Shown here piece after piece: positions 15,350 to 23,472 of a stretch of DNA of 64,000 nucleotides. Both the position numbers and the translations under genes were made by a program. Source of the stretch: Candidatus Omnitrophica bacterium UBA6233 (lineage in GTDB: Bacteria > Omnitrophota > Gorgyraeia > Gygaellales > Profunditerraquicolaceae). Position 1 is the first letter of the stretch; each line of letters starts with the position of its first letter. Location: contig DJWJ01000015.1 in the NCBI GenBank assembly GCA_002440965.1, positions 34 through 64,033 on the forward strand, written 5' to 3'. The notes under the pieces were generated by a model, which had not been told where the DNA came from, ran no database searches, and was given only the letters and a program-made list of their open reading frames with translations.

Positions 15350-16486
15350 TTATTTATTAATATCGATTTCAATCAGGGAATCAACCGAACCATAGGGGTT
15401 GATTTCTCTTAGAGGATTGGAGGTATCTTCAATCCATTTTCCGTCAATAACAAAACGGTAGCGGTATTTACCGCTTGTAAGGTTTAACTTTTTACTCCAG
15501 GTTCCGTTATTACTAAGCATACGGTTTGAGTCTTCCAATTTCCAGTTATTGAATTCCCCGGCGATGTAGACATCTTTGGCATCGGGAGCAAAAACCGAGA
15601 ATATCACTTCAGTGAGTTTCGGAAGCTCCTTTTTAAGGATTTCATTCATTTTTCTCTCAAGGACGGCAATCGGCTTAGGCTCGGTTTTTCTAAAAGGCGC
15701 GCTTTCGGTTTTTCCTGTATTTTCAGGGCTAGTTTCCTGAGTGATGATTTCTCTTGAAAGGCTGTAATAGTCTTTTGCTCCACGGGAGTATTTGTCGAAA
15801 TTGAATATGTGGGTTCCCTGATTCTGGGCTTCTTTCAATTTTACATTTACATGGATAATATTTGACAATAACCTATCCCTAAAGTCAGATTTAATTTTTT
15901 CAAGCATTTTGAAAGAATGCGCCAGGCGGGAATCGAAATTTGTTACTAATATTTTGGTGTCCACGATGTGATTCAGGCGGTCGCGAACCAAGTTTACTAT
16001 GCTTAAGAGTTGATCCATGCCTTCCAGCGAAAACCTGCTTGCTTCTACCGGGATAATTACTTCATCAGCGGCCCGGATGGCGTTTATGGTCAGGATTCCC
16101 AGGTTTGGAGGGCAATCTATGAGGATATAGTCGTAATTTACCTTAAAATTGTTTAAAGTATCCCAAAGGCGGGATTCTCTTCCGATTTCCCCGGCTAGCT
16201 CCTGCTCAAGCGTGCTTAAGATAATGCTGGATGGCGCTATGTCGAAATCCGGGCTTACATTCTGGATGATATCTTCAAGTTTGGCCTTCTGATGGGTAAT
16301 TTTCGACAACACATTGTAGATACTGAAATAAGACTTGATGTTTAATCCTAGTGTAGCGTGCGCCTGGGGGTCAATATCCACCAGTAACACTTTTCTTCCG
16401 TTAGCAGCTAAAGAGGCAGCCAAATTAACCGAGGTAGTTGTTTTTCCGCATCCGCCTTTTTGATTGGTTATAGCGATTATACGCAT
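15350..16486 (-). CDS. ParA/MinD-family ATPase fused to a C-terminal CBM48 / AMPK-beta glycogen-binding domain
   Basis: Deviant Walker A 'NQKGGCGKTTT'; C-terminal 'VIFSVFAPDAKDVYIAGEFNNWK...GKYRYRFVIDGKWIEDTSNP' closely matches the AMPK1_CBM/CBM48 pattern (xVxFxWx...VyvaGsFNNW...geyeYKFiVDGeWvhDp). Confidence 0.85.
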   Translation of the reverse strand: MRIIAITNQKGGCGKTTTSVNLAASLAANGRKVLLVDIDPQAHATLGLNIKSYFSIYNVLSKITHQKAKLEDIIQNVSPDFDIAPSSIILSTLEQELAGEIGRESRLWDTLNNFKVNYDYILIDCPPNLGILTINAIRAADEVIIPVEASRFSLEGMDQLLSIVNLVRDRLNHIVDTKILVTNFDSRLAHSFKMLEKIKSDFRDRLLSNIIHVNVKLKEAQNQGTHIFNFDKYSRGAKDYYSLSREIITQETSPENTGKTESAPFRKTEPKPIAVLERKMNEILKKELPKLTEVIFSVFAPDAKDVYIAGEFNNWKLEDSNRMLSNNGTWSKKLNLTSGKYRYRFVIDGKWIEDTSNPLREINPYGSVDSLIEIDINK

Positions 16487-16504
16487 AGGAATCTAGCTCT
16501 CCTT

Positions 16505-17113
16505 TCAGGCTTTAAGAAGCCTAACGTTATCGATAAAAACTATGCCTTTCTTTCCGGAAGTATTCCATTCCTCCACGCAAAAAGAAAGGCTGGTGGTTTC
16601 CGACCAGTCGTTTAAATTCTTGAAATCGGTCAAGTTTATTTTAAAATCCTTCCAGTTGGAAGGAATATTCCTTAAATATATTTCTGATCTCTCCTTGAAA
16701 GCGTTTACGAATTCAATCCGTAAGGCTATTCTTTCCCTGGGTTCCATATTCCTGATTGAAAAAGCCAGCATTTTAAAACGCGCCAAGTTTAAGTGATTCA
16801 AATTAAGGCTGTAGACTTCTTTTTTGGCGGGGTCGAAATTGAAATTTATCTTCGCGGGATCGTTTTGAAGGATCAAGGCGGTTTCAGAATGCAAATTATG
16901 CCTTTTAGATACGGAAGAAAATATAGTTGTAGACAAGCCAACCATCAGAAATATGCTTACAATAAAAAGATTCTTGAAAAGTTTTGGATAAGCTTTATTT
17001 CTCTTTTTCTTCTTTGAAGAAGCATCAAGGTAGATTTTTGCTAGGTGTTCGTAGATATCTTTTTTATCCATTTTAACTTGAACATTTATAACATAAAAGT
17101 CCTTAGATGTCAA
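16505..17113 (-). CDS. Membrane-anchored protein with C-terminal jelly-roll CBM-like domain
   Basis: KKKK cytoplasmic stretch, one TM helix, C-terminal '...GKKGIVFIDNVRLL' typical ending of carbohydrate-binding jelly-roll modules; 4-nt overlap with GH57. Confidence 0.5.
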   Translation of the reverse strand: MTSKDFYVINVQVKMDKKDIYEHLAKIYLDASSKKKKRNKAYPKLFKNLFIVSIFLMVGLSTTIFSSVSKRHNLHSETALILQNDPAKINFNFDPAKKEVYSLNLNHLNLARFKMLAFSIRNMEPRERIALRIEFVNAFKERSEIYLRNIPSNWKDFKINLTDFKNLNDWSETTSLSFCVEEWNTSGKKGIVFIDNVRLLKA

Positions 17114-18669
17114 GCACTTAGAGGGTTTGACAAGTAATCGGGAATGGGTTTTTTGATTATTGAGTAAAAGTTACATAAATGCAGGCGGAATAACCTGTCG
17201 AAGGATCCTTCAGGGTCTTCTCCATACCACCAGAACCAGTCGCTGCCTTCCAAAACATAAATCTGTTTTAAGGCAAGCTGTAGTTCTTGGTTCGATAATC
17301 TGGAGCCGGCTTCATCTAATTCTTTTCGCGCGGCAAGCAGCCACTCCCAAGCCTTAACTTTATAGTAATTCCCCATCCATTTATTGAAATTGCCGTAAAT
17401 CCATGACCCGGCGCTTAGGTGTTTGATTTTGGATTTAGCCGGATGATTTTCTAAATATTCAGATATTGTTGTAACCTTGATGGTGTTAGAATCGCAAAGG
17501 CGCTGATAAAGCAACTCCAGAAAATCATGGCCGTCATTGGTATAATATTCCCAGGCGTTTTCTCCATCCATTGCTATCGTAACCAGAACATCTTCATTTT
17601 TGAACGCCTTGTTTATATTGTCCAGATGTTGCATAAAATCCGCTACCGCGTTCTCCGCCTTCCATGAATGATAAACAAATCCGATTAGGTCTGAAAGGTT
17701 GCGGTCGCGAAATATGATTCTTAACTCCCCCTCCCTCCTTTTTAATAAGTGAGGTTGGTAGAGCAGTTTAGTGTCCCTCTTTTTTGATTTAAAAGATTTA
17801 AAAAGTAAAGCCTCATCCGTGACTATCCATTTTATTCCGGAGCCGATTATAAATGGCAGGATACTTTCGCTTACCGATTCTTCTGACGGCCACATTCCCC
17901 GGGGCGCCATCCCGAATCTTTCCTGATAAAAATTTACGGCCGTATCGATTTGAATCTTGGCGTCTTGCGGATAGCGGAATTCCGATTTTGGCAAAAGGCT
18001 TTGGAGGTTTGCTTCTTTGGCGCTATTTGAACTGCATAAAAGCGGCAATATTGGATGATAATATGGCGTTACGCTTAGTTCTATTTGGCCGGCTGCGCAA
18101 GACCGTTTATAATCAGGGATTATTTCTCTTAGAATGGTTATTTGTTTGTCTAGAACAAGGCGTTTATCCTCTTCAGTAAAAAACCTGCCTTTAGATATAA
18201 TTGTTCTTAACTCCGGGAATTTTGAGCGGAAAGAAGGGTCAATCCAGGCTAAATTAAACCAAGTCTGAAGGTCCAGATAGTCCTGGATATCGAACTCTTC
18301 TCTTTTTTGTTTCTTAAAGTATAATTCATAATAGCGGGGAAAATTAGAGATAACTTTGTCTTTGTTGATGGAAAAGAAATTATTTAAAATAAAATGCTTT
18401 TCGCTTGGGGAGAGTTTTTTTGCTTCTTTATAAGAAAGTTCAAGAAAAGTATCCCTTACGGAATCATTTGTATAATTTTCTATCTGTTCGAATAACGATG
18501 GGACGATATTGAAAGTTTGATGAATCTTGGGGAATTTCTCTAAAATTTGCACCATATCCAGGTAATCTTTAACCCCGTGAAGCCTTACCCAAGGAAGATT
18601 AGCTTCATTGGTAAGCAGATCTTTGTAATACGGTTGGTGCATATGGAAGATGAAGGCCAAGTTTAGCAT
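17110..18669 (-). CDS. Glycoside hydrolase family 57 alpha-glucan-active enzyme (branching-enzyme-like size class)
   Basis: 'FIFHMHQPYY...' GH57 N-terminal signature; 519 aa. Confidence 0.85.
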   Translation of the reverse strand: MLNLAFIFHMHQPYYKDLLTNEANLPWVRLHGVKDYLDMVQILEKFPKIHQTFNIVPSLFEQIENYTNDSVRDTFLELSYKEAKKLSPSEKHFILNNFFSINKDKVISNFPRYYELYFKKQKREEFDIQDYLDLQTWFNLAWIDPSFRSKFPELRTIISKGRFFTEEDKRLVLDKQITILREIIPDYKRSCAAGQIELSVTPYYHPILPLLCSSNSAKEANLQSLLPKSEFRYPQDAKIQIDTAVNFYQERFGMAPRGMWPSEESVSESILPFIIGSGIKWIVTDEALLFKSFKSKKRDTKLLYQPHLLKRREGELRIIFRDRNLSDLIGFVYHSWKAENAVADFMQHLDNINKAFKNEDVLVTIAMDGENAWEYYTNDGHDFLELLYQRLCDSNTIKVTTISEYLENHPAKSKIKHLSAGSWIYGNFNKWMGNYYKVKAWEWLLAARKELDEAGSRLSNQELQLALKQIYVLEGSDWFWWYGEDPEGSFDRLFRLHLCNFYSIIKKPIPDYLSNPLSA

Positions 18670-18684
18670 AGGATGAAAAATATA

Positions 18685-19144
18685 CAGGTCTATGGTCTAT
18701 AGTCGATAGCCTATAGTTTTAAATAATTACGAAAGCTATGGAGCATTTTTGAGAGTTCTTCGCACCTTTTATAATATACATCAAATTCAGATTGTTTGAT
18801 ATATTTTTGTTCCAAGCTTAGGTATAATAAGGTAACTACTTCATATAAAGAACCAATAGCTATTTGCAGGAATCTTGCGAGGTCTGTGTCTGAACGCCTG
18901 CCTTCTCCTTCGGCGATATTTAGGCTTATAGATACTGCTGCCCTATTTAGCTGGCTAATAATGCCGAATTTTTCGTCTTCAGGGAATTTTTTGGTTAGGC
19001 TATAGACTTCTTTAGCAAATTTTACTGATTCTTGCCAGATTTTTTAAGCTTTCAAATTTAAACGCCATTTTCGTTTATTTACCTTTGGCCATCGACTATT
19101 GACCTGGAGCTATCAGGATAATCATAGGCCTAAAGCTATCAGAG
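18685..19144 (-). mobile_element. IVS-like element: four-helix-bundle gene flanked by ~20-bp terminal inverted repeats (CAGGTC..TATAGTCGATAGCC / GGCCATCGACTATTGACCTG)
   Basis: Flanking IRs at 18685-18716 and 19087-19144; solo IR-pair copies without the gene at 21781-21893 and 23369-23472. Confidence 0.35.
18711..19068 (-). pseudogene. Four-helix-bundle protein gene (23S rRNA-intervening-sequence protein family) with a +1 frameshift in an A6 run
   Basis: Translation reads 'MAFKFESLK' then, after removing one A at 19040-19045, 'IWQESVKFAKEVYSLTKKFPEDEKFGIISQLNRAAVSISLNIAEGEGRRSDTDLARFLQIAIGSLYEV...' (119 aa). As sequenced, frame 1 stops after 19 codons. Confidence 0.55.
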
Positions 19145-19150
19145 TAATAA

Positions 19151-19190
19151 AAAAGCCCTCGGAGGTTTTTGCCCCCCAAGGGCTTTTTTA
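19151..19190. terminator. Bidirectional rho-independent terminator downstream of the porin gene
   Basis: AAGCCCTCGGAGG-ttttt-GCCCCCCAAGGGCTT hairpin flanked by A-run and T-run. Confidence 0.55.
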
Positions 19191-19205
19191 TTTACATCAG
19201 TTGTA

Positions 19206-20504
19206 TTAGAATGTTACCTTCATTGAGCCGATTACCTGTGAGGCGTTGCCACGGCTATCAGCTATAGCGTTTCCGCAAGCAAAATAACCCCAGGTAAGGC
19301 CTAACTGCACATCTTCGGTATAATCGTAGGTAGCCGTAAGATCAAATTCGTTGCCAAGATTCTTTTTAGTTGTAGTTGGAATTAATTCATTATTGTAGAG
19401 GCTATTATAACCAGATACTTCTTTCACGAGAGAGAAGTTGGTAACGCTACCAGTAAGGGTAACATCATCCGCAGGTTTTACGCTGCCTCTAACACCTATT
19501 GCCTGCATATTGCTGAAAGGCAATATCGCGTAAGCAATGTTTCCTAATACTTGGTTATAATACATTGGATCCCAGCCGCTATATTTACCGCCTTTAGGCC
19601 CGGAAAGATAAGTATAACCGGCTCCGATGGAAGGAGTAAATTTAACTTTGGAGAAGGTATAATCTGCCATAGCTTGCAGAGCATAGGCCTTGCGTTTATC
19701 CGAAGTATTGTTGCTACTAAGAACTCTATCCATACCAAATTGCCAGGCGCCTTCTAAGGATAGTTTTAAATCAGTGATTGGCTTGGCTGTGATTAAAGCG
19801 CCAAGAGTGTAAACATTATCTTTTTTACTGTTGTTGGCTTCTTCTGCTTTGCTCCTCTTATCCCAGATGTAACCTTGAACATTTAATTTCTTGCTTACAT
19901 CATAGGAAGCGTTTACGCCGAATAAATCCGCGTCATCGTCAGCATTGGTATTGCTATTCGAAATCTTTGCGTAAACCGCGTCAATAACTAGCGGGTCGTA
20001 ATTCAAAGTTGCCCTGATTGCGTCAAAAGCATTTCTCACACTTAAGTCAGCGGGAAATCCGTTCAAAGCATCTGAAGTATAATTATTGCTGTTACCTATG
20101 ATTAACTGGTTACCAAACCTTATTTCCTGGCGGCCTAAAGTAAGGCTTAAAGGTGAATAAAGGAATTCCTTCAAGGTAACATAAGCTAAGTCAAGGTCAA
20201 TATCGGTAGATGAATTGCTTTCAGTTGTCCAGCTTCTTTCATTGATTAATCTGACCGTTGCAATCACGTTATCGGTTAAATCCGCGTCAACTCTTAAGCG
20301 GGTCTGTGTGCCAAAAAGCCTGTTGCGCTCTTTGGTGTTTGTGCCAGTTCCAGGGTCAGGCGTACCCAAATCAAAATTATTTCTGGCTATTCCGTAGAGA
20401 GCGATGTCTCCGGAAACCTTCACATTCTGCACTTCGGCGTAAGCGGCAAAAGTCGTGCCGACCACAAATAGAAGCGCTAATACTAAAATCAAGCGTTTAC
20501 TCAT
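19206..20504 (-). CDS. Outer-membrane beta-barrel porin-like protein
   Basis: Signal peptide 'ALLFVVGTTFAAYA', alternating amphipathic strands, C-terminal 'MKVTF'; strong GGAGG RBS. Confidence 0.5.
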   Translation of the reverse strand: MSKRLILVLALLFVVGTTFAAYAEVQNVKVSGDIALYGIARNNFDLGTPDPGTGTNTKERNRLFGTQTRLRVDADLTDNVIATVRLINERSWTTESNSSTDIDLDLAYVTLKEFLYSPLSLTLGRQEIRFGNQLIIGNSNNYTSDALNGFPADLSVRNAFDAIRATLNYDPLVIDAVYAKISNSNTNADDDADLFGVNASYDVSKKLNVQGYIWDKRSKAEEANNSKKDNVYTLGALITAKPITDLKLSLEGAWQFGMDRVLSSNNTSDKRKAYALQAMADYTFSKVKFTPSIGAGYTYLSGPKGGKYSGWDPMYYNQVLGNIAYAILPFSNMQAIGVRGSVKPADDVTLTGSVTNFSLVKEVSGYNSLYNNELIPTTTKKNLGNEFDLTATYDYTEDVQLGLTWGYFACGNAIADSRGNASQVIGSMKVTF

Positions 20505-20625
20505 TTTACTTCTCCTCCTTTTTTAAGTCCCTGTTTTTATGTTAACCAGGCTCATCAGCATTGATGTGTTAGCCTAGGCGATGTTCATTTTAAAAACAAC
20601 CTTATACTTTTTAACATATAACCTT

Positions 20626-21099
20626 TTATTTGTCAAGAGTTTTTTGGCGTTTGGGTTTTTTAGATAAATACTGGGATTTTGGCCCCAGAGCTATGCTGAT
20701 TACGGAAGAATTTCCATTAGGAATTATATTTATAATACAGCTTTCCTGTTCCCGCTCGAAGTTCATTATGCAGTCGCCGTATTCGGTTATGTTTAACAGG
20801 GCCCAGTTATGCATCGGCATCTGCTCTTTATAGAAATTAACCACCTGATCGGTTGTCGCCTTCCCTTTGTATTTTAATAGTCCGACCCGCGTGCCGGAAC
20901 TTTCAAAAGAATAAGAATCTTTGGCTGAAATTTTGAAACCTGCCGGGACAGGCAAATCCGAAAATTTTGACAAGGATTGCCGGGCTTGCAAAGTTTGGGC
21001 AGATGCGCCTTGATTTGCAAGCGAAGCGCAGCCGGTTAAAAGAGTAGTTAGCAGATAGCAGGCAGCAGGCAAGAAAAGCAGCTTCTTAGAGATACTCAT
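20626..21099 (-). CDS. Hypothetical lipoprotein
   Basis: Lipobox 'LLTGC'. Confidence 0.5.
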   Translation of the reverse strand: MSISKKLLFLPAACYLLTTLLTGCASLANQGASAQTLQARQSLSKFSDLPVPAGFKISAKDSYSFESSGTRVGLLKYKGKATTDQVVNFYKEQMPMHNWALLNITEYGDCIMNFEREQESCIINIIPNGNSSVISIALGPKSQYLSKKPKRQKTLDK

Positions 21100-21755
21100 A
21101 GCGCCCCCTTTCTCTTCAAGAATTCGGTTACGTCAGAATAAATTATTTCCAGTTCATCTTTAGTTAAACCGGAATTTATTCCTATTTCAATCAGGCGTTC
21201 AGGAGAAATAATGTCTTCCGGCGAATGAGCATCTTGATTAAGGATCAATTTTGCCCCGAACTTTCTTGTCTGATTGATTACATGCGAATTTGTGTCGGAA
21301 TGGCCGCGGCGGCTGGTAATTTCCAGAAATATGCCTCTATCTTTTGCCAGCGATGTATCTTCATCTGTAATAAGCCCCGGGTGAGCAAGTATGTCGATAT
21401 CCGCTAAAAGCGCCAGCTTATTAGTGTCTTTAACTACGGGTTCAATCGGAGTTTCACCATGGGCTATGATTATTTTTATTCCCTGTTTTCTGGCGAAGGC
21501 CGCTAAAGGTTTAAATTGTTCTGGAGGTAAGTGGGTTAATTCTATTCCCGGAAGAATCTTGATCTTTGAATCCTTTGGCCACCTGCGGCAGAATTCCACA
21601 ACTGCTGAGCAAATCGGTTTTATATTGCTATAGTCAGCGTGGTCAGTAAGGGCAATCACTTCGTATCCTTTACTAAGATAGCGCATGACTACTTCCGAAG
21701 GAAGCAGATGCCCGTCGCTTAATAAGGTGTGTGCGTGCAAGTTATAATTATACAT
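21096..21755 (-). CDS. PHP-domain metal-dependent phosphoesterase
   Basis: 'NLHAHTLLSDGHLLPSE...ALTDHADYS' PHP motifs. Confidence 0.7.
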   Translation of the reverse strand: MYNYNLHAHTLLSDGHLLPSEVVMRYLSKGYEVIALTDHADYSNIKPICSAVVEFCRRWPKDSKIKILPGIELTHLPPEQFKPLAAFARKQGIKIIIAHGETPIEPVVKDTNKLALLADIDILAHPGLITDEDTSLAKDRGIFLEITSRRGHSDTNSHVINQTRKFGAKLILNQDAHSPEDIISPERLIEIGINSGLTKDELEIIYSDVTEFLKRKGAL

Positions 21756-21780
21756 TTTATATTAAGGTCTATGTTAACTT

Positions 21781-21893
21781 TGATAGCACAGGCCTAGTTT
21801 GTCCCGATACAACAGGCCTATAGTCTATAGTTTTTACTATTGACTATCGACTATTGACCTGAAGCTATTAGAGTTATAGCGACCTGCCATTTT
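21781..21893. repeat. Solo copy of the TATAGTC inverted-repeat element (IVS-like family)
   Basis: 'TGATAGCACAGG...CTATAGTCTATAGT..ACTATTGACTATCGACTATTGACCTGAAGCTATTAGAG'. Confidence 0.7.
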
Positions 21894-21907
21894 TCAAGAT
21901 ATATCAG

Positions 21908-21981
21908 TGCCCCTGGCAGGAATCGAACCTGCCACACGCAGTTTAGGAAACTGCTGCTCTATCCTTATGAGCTACAGGGGC
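21908..21981 (-). tRNA. tRNA-Arg (anticodon CCT)
   Basis: Cloverleaf readable on the - strand: acceptor GCCCCTG/CAGGGGC, D-arm GCTC-ATAAGGATA-GAGC, anticodon stem GCAGT/ACTGC with loop TTCCTAA, T-arm GCAGG-TTCGATT-CCTGC; no encoded CCA. Confidence 0.8.
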
Positions 21982-21986
21982 AGAAT

Positions 21987-22520
21987 TTAATGGCCTCGGA
22001 ATTTGACCAGCGAAAAAACAGGGTAATCCTTTAATTTTTCTTTACCTTTAAGATCAATCAGTTCTATAACAAAGCCAATCCCCTGAATTTTTCCTTTGAG
22101 TTGGTTTATGAGGCTTATTACAGCTTTTACTGTTCCGCCTGTAGCCAAAAGATCGTCAATGATCAGGATCTTTTCGCCCGGCTTTATCGAATCTTCGTGG
22201 ATTTCTAAAGTGTCGGTTCCGTATTCCAGTTCGTAGGATGCGGAAATTGTTTTACGGGGAAGCTTTCCTTTTTTACGGACAGGGATAAAACCCGCTCCGA
22301 TTTTATGGGCAATAGCAGCCCCAAAGATAAAACCGCGCGCTTCGATCCCGACTACCTTACCGATCTTTTTGCCTTTATATTTATTGCTCAACAGGCTTAT
22401 AGCTTTTTTGAAAGCCTTTTTATCGTGGATTAAGGATGTTATATCGCGAAAAATTATTCCCGGTTTAGGGAAGTCAACTATGCTGATAATCGATTTTTCC
22501 AACACAGGGTCATTTTTCAT
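21987..22520 (-). CDS. apt: Adenine phosphoribosyltransferase
   Basis: 'FPKPGIIFRDIT' and PRPP-binding 'ILIIDDLLATGGT'. Confidence 0.85.
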   Translation of the reverse strand: MKNDPVLEKSIISIVDFPKPGIIFRDITSLIHDKKAFKKAISLLSNKYKGKKIGKVVGIEARGFIFGAAIAHKIGAGFIPVRKKGKLPRKTISASYELEYGTDTLEIHEDSIKPGEKILIIDDLLATGGTVKAVISLINQLKGKIQGIGFVIELIDLKGKEKLKDYPVFSLVKFRGH

Positions 22521-22535
22521 TGTTCGGTCCTTCTT

Positions 22536-23351
22536 TTAAAGCTCTTCGTTAGTCCCTTCTACAAATTTTCTTATTTTCAACAAAGCTGTTTCTTCGATCT
22601 GGCGGATCCTTTCCCTGGAAACTCCTAGTTTCTTGGCCACTTCCGCCAGGGTGTGTTGCCTTTTATCTTCCAAACCAAACCTCATATCCAGAATCTCGCG
22701 CTCCCTGTCATTCATAATCTCAAGGAGGTTTTCTACCCTTTCTTTATCCAGGATATGCTCGATTTCGCTATCCGGTTGTAAAGTGGTAGTATCTTCGATT
22801 AAATCCGAGACCTTGCCTTCACTGTCTTCGCCGATAGGGGCTTCCAGCGATGAGGTTGTGGTGGACATCCAGAAGTTTATATGGCTTATTTTTTCTTTAG
22901 GGATCTTTAATCTTTTGGCTATTTCCTCGTCGGTGGGAATACGCTTTAGCTTTTGGCTCATGCGTTCTTTGGTTTTACGCCATTTGGCGATTATATCGTT
23001 CATATACACCGGCACGCGGATCATCTTTCCCTGCTCGGATATGGAACGGGTAATCGCCTGTTTAATCCACCAGGCCGCATATGTAGAAAAGCGGAAACCT
23101 TTCTTCGGATTATATTTTTCCACCGCTTTCATTAATCCTAAATTCCCCTCTTCGATTAAATCCAGAAAAGGCGTGCCTAAACGCATATACCTTTTGGCGA
23201 TGTTGATTACCAGGCGCAAATTCGCCTGAATCATTTTTTTGCGCGCCTGCTCATCGCCTTTTTGAACCTTGCGGCTCAGAAGAATTTCTTCTTGCGCGGT
23301 TAGCAATGGAATGTCGCGGATTTCTTTAAGATAAGTTTTTAGCGCTTCCAT
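22536..23351 (-). CDS. RNA polymerase sigma factor, sigma-70 family (short group 1/2-like)
   Basis: Regions 2-4 present: 'IPLLTAQEE', 'LIEEGNLGLMKAVEKYNPKKGFRFSTYAAWWIKQAI', C-terminal HTH 'HTLAEVAKKLGVSRERIRQIE'. Confidence 0.85.
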   Translation of the reverse strand: MEALKTYLKEIRDIPLLTAQEEILLSRKVQKGDEQARKKMIQANLRLVINIAKRYMRLGTPFLDLIEEGNLGLMKAVEKYNPKKGFRFSTYAAWWIKQAITRSISEQGKMIRVPVYMNDIIAKWRKTKERMSQKLKRIPTDEEIAKRLKIPKEKISHINFWMSTTTSSLEAPIGEDSEGKVSDLIEDTTTLQPDSEIEHILDKERVENLLEIMNDREREILDMRFGLEDKRQHTLAEVAKKLGVSRERIRQIEETALLKIRKFVEGTNEEL

Positions 23352-23368
23352 AATTTATCCCAATAGAT

Positions 23369-23472
23369 TTAGGTCTATATTTATCCTGATAGCGCAGGTC
23401 TATAGTCAATAGTTTATTTTTGTTATTGACTATAGACTATTGACCTGAAGCTATCAGAGCCATATTGACCTG
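23369..23472. repeat. Solo copy of the TATAGTC inverted-repeat element, exactly filling the sigma-factor/ppdK spacer
   Basis: 'GATAGCGCAGGTCTATAGTCAATAG...TTGACTATAGACTATTGACCTGAAGCTATCAGAG'. Confidence 0.7.
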
